A DNA stretch of 64,000 bases, taken from positions 29,270,401 through 29,334,400 of the forward strand of contig CM120641.1 in the NCBI GenBank assembly GCA_051362555.1, in the 5' to 3' direction. Shown one piece after another: positions 61,164-64,000 of this stretch (position 1 is its first letter; the number at the start of each line of letters is the position of its first letter). The position numbers were made by a program, and so were the translations under genes. The notes beneath the pieces are model-generated. The model was not told where the DNA came from. It searched no databases and saw nothing but the letters and a program-made list of their open reading frames with translations. This DNA is from Lingula anatina. Its lineage: Eukaryota; Animalia; Brachiopoda.

Positions 61164-63700
61164 AGGGAGAGAGAGAGAAAGAGAGAGTTGAATTTATGTG
61201 TATATGTATTTTTCTTATAGGCCTACTGTATTAGTTGGTATGACAGAAACAAATTTGAAAAAACAAACAAACAAAAAAGAGACCACAACAACCCTAACCC
61301 TGTTTCGTTAAGATTTGTTACACCCTCTTTTTATAACTAGTTTTAAAAGTATCTCAAACAGAAAAGAAAAAAACACTATCATATAGTGTCACGAAGTGCG
61401 AAACAGACCCCCCCCCCAACACGATCATTAATTATAACACATTGTTTTTTAAACTATTTAAAGTGTAGGCCTACTTCAAAAAGAGGAAAACCCCTGCCTA
61501 AAGAAAAAGACAACTGACTGTTGTACTACATGATAATCCTTACGACTGAACCTATCATTATAATATTTCAATTGATAATTATTATTTACTCTTTTCTTCG
61601 TCATCATAGTTTTGACTAAAAGATGTTCATTTTTATATTTACATTTAATTCGTGTTTCTCCCCTCCTCCCCCCCCCCCATGTCTCTTTGTGGATGCTAAG
61701 ATTAATAGGGATATCATCAAGATACACATGTATTCTAAAAGAAAGTTAAACATCCAAAAGAAAAAGGCAAGGCATTTACCTAAATTTACAATTTTAAAGA
61801 CGGATACACATTTTTTTCTTGGTGAAGAATATGATAAGTTGGATAATGAGAGAGCACGGTATAGGCCTACTCTAAATTACAGGATATTATTATTTTTTCA
61901 TATTGAGTGCATTGGATATTTGTGTGTTTTGTGGAAAATTTGGGGTCATGCCGATACTTCTTCGCACCGTTACTCCCCCACACCGATACTCCATCACATC
62001 ATTCCTTTCCCGCATCAATACAGTGATAGTAAACATGAACAAACAGCGGCTATCTTTATCAGTAGGTTTTTAATTATACCCTTTATTTTATCCTATGACA
62101 CTGGCCAGGCCCGTAGCCAGCAATTTCAAAAGGGGGGTTCTTTTTTAGAAAAAGTGGACCTTTTCCCATAAAAACTTCATGTACCTAGACCAAATTTTAC
62201 CCAGAGTGGACCTTTTCCCAGCAAAACGGGCGGTATTTTCGAAACCCCCCCCCCCCCCCCCCCCAGGCTACGGGCCTGCTGGCAGAAACCCATTTGGCAA
62301 ATGATTATTACTTACCTACAACTAGACGTAACATACCTTTCACATAGAAAAAAATATTGATAAGAAATAAAAGTGGCATTAGATCTAAAATATTCACATT
62401 AAATACCTATAAATTGTAAATTGTATAAATCTGAATGGTAGGGAATAGGAAATCACCCAAAGTCTCTGTTTCATGTTTTCTTCATCGCATAAGTACAACG
62501 TTCTATTGACAACAGACAGGCGGCAGTGGAAATATAGTAGTCGTACTCAGAATTTGATGATAACTGTTTTAAGGTATATTTTAATGGCATTTTCTAACCT
62601 TCGGCAGACATAATAAAGTAAACAAATGGATGAAAACAACATTAAACTTATTTCAACTACAACTATAACCTCTTTAAATGATTTGGGGCAAAACATTTTG
62701 CAGGAGGCCTAATTAACTAAACAAAACAAGTGACATAAAACGGATTATCACGTTGTTAACGACGATTTTGCCGTACTATAACAGGGGCGGAACCAGGATT
62801 ATTTGAAGGGGTGAACGGTTGCGAAGCCGACCCCCCCCCCCCAACCTCCCTTGGCGTGGGGTTTGTGACCCGATGAAGATCCCCAAAACTTTTGGTTTTT
62901 TTAGAGGGCGAACGGTGCCATTTTCTACGGTTTAGAGTGATAATTCAGCTAGTCAAAATTCTAATTAAATTAGTCAAAATTCTGACACCCCCCCCCCCTC
63001 TAAATCCGCCACTATACAATGTATAAAGAATTCGTCATGTCACATTCAAAGATAGTAGATTGTATCCGTGGATTTTGTAATAATCATATTACCGCGGACC
63101 ACATTTTTTCTTCTAATGTTTAATAATCTTTTCTTTTGCTTTACATTTGAGTTAGGAGAACGGTTTAATGAAAACATATTACGAATGGTGCAATTTGTAA
63201 GATAAGTATTTGTCTAAAACGAATACCATAATCGTTCATATCTTTATATTGCAGACTGGAAAGTTTCAAACAAAAAAATCAGGTGGCAGCAACGAACTGA
63301 TACTTCATTTGGACGCCTAGAGTTTGATGGGGTGCCCTTTATGACCTATAGTGAACTCATCCTGGATTGTCGCCACGGGCCTGACAGGAATAAAGCCCTT
63401 AAGGCGAAACTAGCTGCCGCTAAAGCTAAAAAGGTTGCTAAAATATATAAGTTATAGGTCTTTAATTTTGTTAACATTGGTGTTAGAGCCTTGTCTGATA
63501 TTCATGAGGGATATGATTTGTTGTATGGAAGGGGGGGGAACAAATGACAAAATCGTACTAGTACTAATTTTCGTTTTCAGATAAACGATCAGGAGTCGGA
63601 TTTTGTTTATTCAAAACACCAAAACTTCGAAGTAACAGTGAAGTTTAGTTGCCACGCGCAAATACGACTGCTGGAAGTAGTTAAATTTCCAGAGTACAAG
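60122..63700 (+). CDS. CaRF/ALS2CR8-domain protein (calcium-responsive transcription factor-like), first three coding exons; gene presumably continues beyond window
   Basis: Exons 60122-60245, 63255-63433 and 63581-63700, GT-AG, with phases 1 then 0 consistent. Spliced protein: MALSYVNSPELAFKVIEEYEIKTNSQFVHY...KIRWQQR...LEFDGVPFMTYSELILDCRHGPDRNK...VKFSCHAQIRLLEVVKFPEYK. This matches my recollection of the CaRF domain pattern (YDGIPF...MECQYGP...CPARIYIKKVQKFPEY). Confidence 0.75.
60529..60612. repeat. Compound (GT)n(GA)n microsatellite
   Basis: Seen directly; a similar compound tract lies at 61130-61187. Confidence 0.9.
62106..62278. mobile_element. hAT-like MITE with 5-bp TSD
   Basis: TIRs caggcccgtagcc / ggctacgggcctg with CTGGC duplicated on both flanks. 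Confidence 0.8.
62782..63013 (+). mobile_element. GC-rich hAT-like MITE
   Basis: Imperfect TIRs caggggcgga / tccgccacta. Related inverted copy at 59700-59919. Confidence 0.65.
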
Positions 63701-64000
63701 GTAATTGTCTTCTTTTTCTGGAAGTTATATATTTTTGTGCGTGTGTGAAACTCCCTCGGTCATGATGTAGAATTGTAATCAATTGTTTTAAATGCCCATG
63801 TTATTTATAGAAGATAAACAAACATTGGTAATTTTACCGTTATGTAATATTGCCTCGAAATTGACAAAAAATCTGTTTTGTGCACCGCCATCACAAACAT
63901 TATGCAAAGAAAAATGTGTTACTAATTATTTTTTAACTTACAATAATGATTTATAAGACAAATTTTGACATACAGCTCAAATTAAGACGCCAGCTCTATT

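Noticed and set aside
60621-61302. aaccctaaccct telomere-like motifs at ~60621 and ~61290
   Set aside because: Only two units each, inside a degenerate intronic duplication. Too short to call an interstitial telomere.
61623-62171. 182-aa ORF within the CaRF-like intron
   Set aside because: AT-rich low-complexity sequence running into a MITE, with no domain motif. The flanking exons already join in phase without it.
1-64000. tRNA, rRNA, U12-type introns, selenoprotein or readthrough signals
   Set aside because: None recognised by eye. All reconstructed introns are GT-AG except one GC-AG, and none has the U12 donor RTATCCTT. A covariance-model search (tRNAscan-SE, Infernal/Rfam) would be needed to exclude small ncRNAs.

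Overview
Eukaryotic, AT-rich, intron-containing DNA from an invertebrate bilaterian. A lophotrochozoan such as a mollusc is plausible, but the sequence alone cannot fix the species. Six spliced or single-exon protein genes can be reconstructed by hand: a divergent NDUFA6-like gene (-, 5' part only), a melatonin-receptor-like GPCR with the NRY motif (-), a complete six-exon Wnt8 (-), a complete 39-coding-exon GBF1 Arf-GEF (+, head-to-head with Wnt8), a stand-alone NHL-repeat gene with an intronless CDS (-), and the first three coding exons of a CaRF/ALS2CR8-domain gene (+) that the ORF track mostly misses. The rest is dense in transposons: Harbinger-, hAT- and Tc1-type MITEs, Helentron/HINE-like elements, and a three-level nest (Tc1 > CACTA-like > Gypsy relic). 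The most unusual features are that nest, with its age paradox and one-sided CpG decay, a near-perfect 106-bp-arm hairpin, a duplicated decoy splice acceptor and a GC-AG intron in GBF1, and an NDUFA6 lacking its LYR motif. No CRISPR array, tRNA or rRNA is supported. I found no clear wholly new system; the findings are leads. All coordinates and alignments were read by eye.
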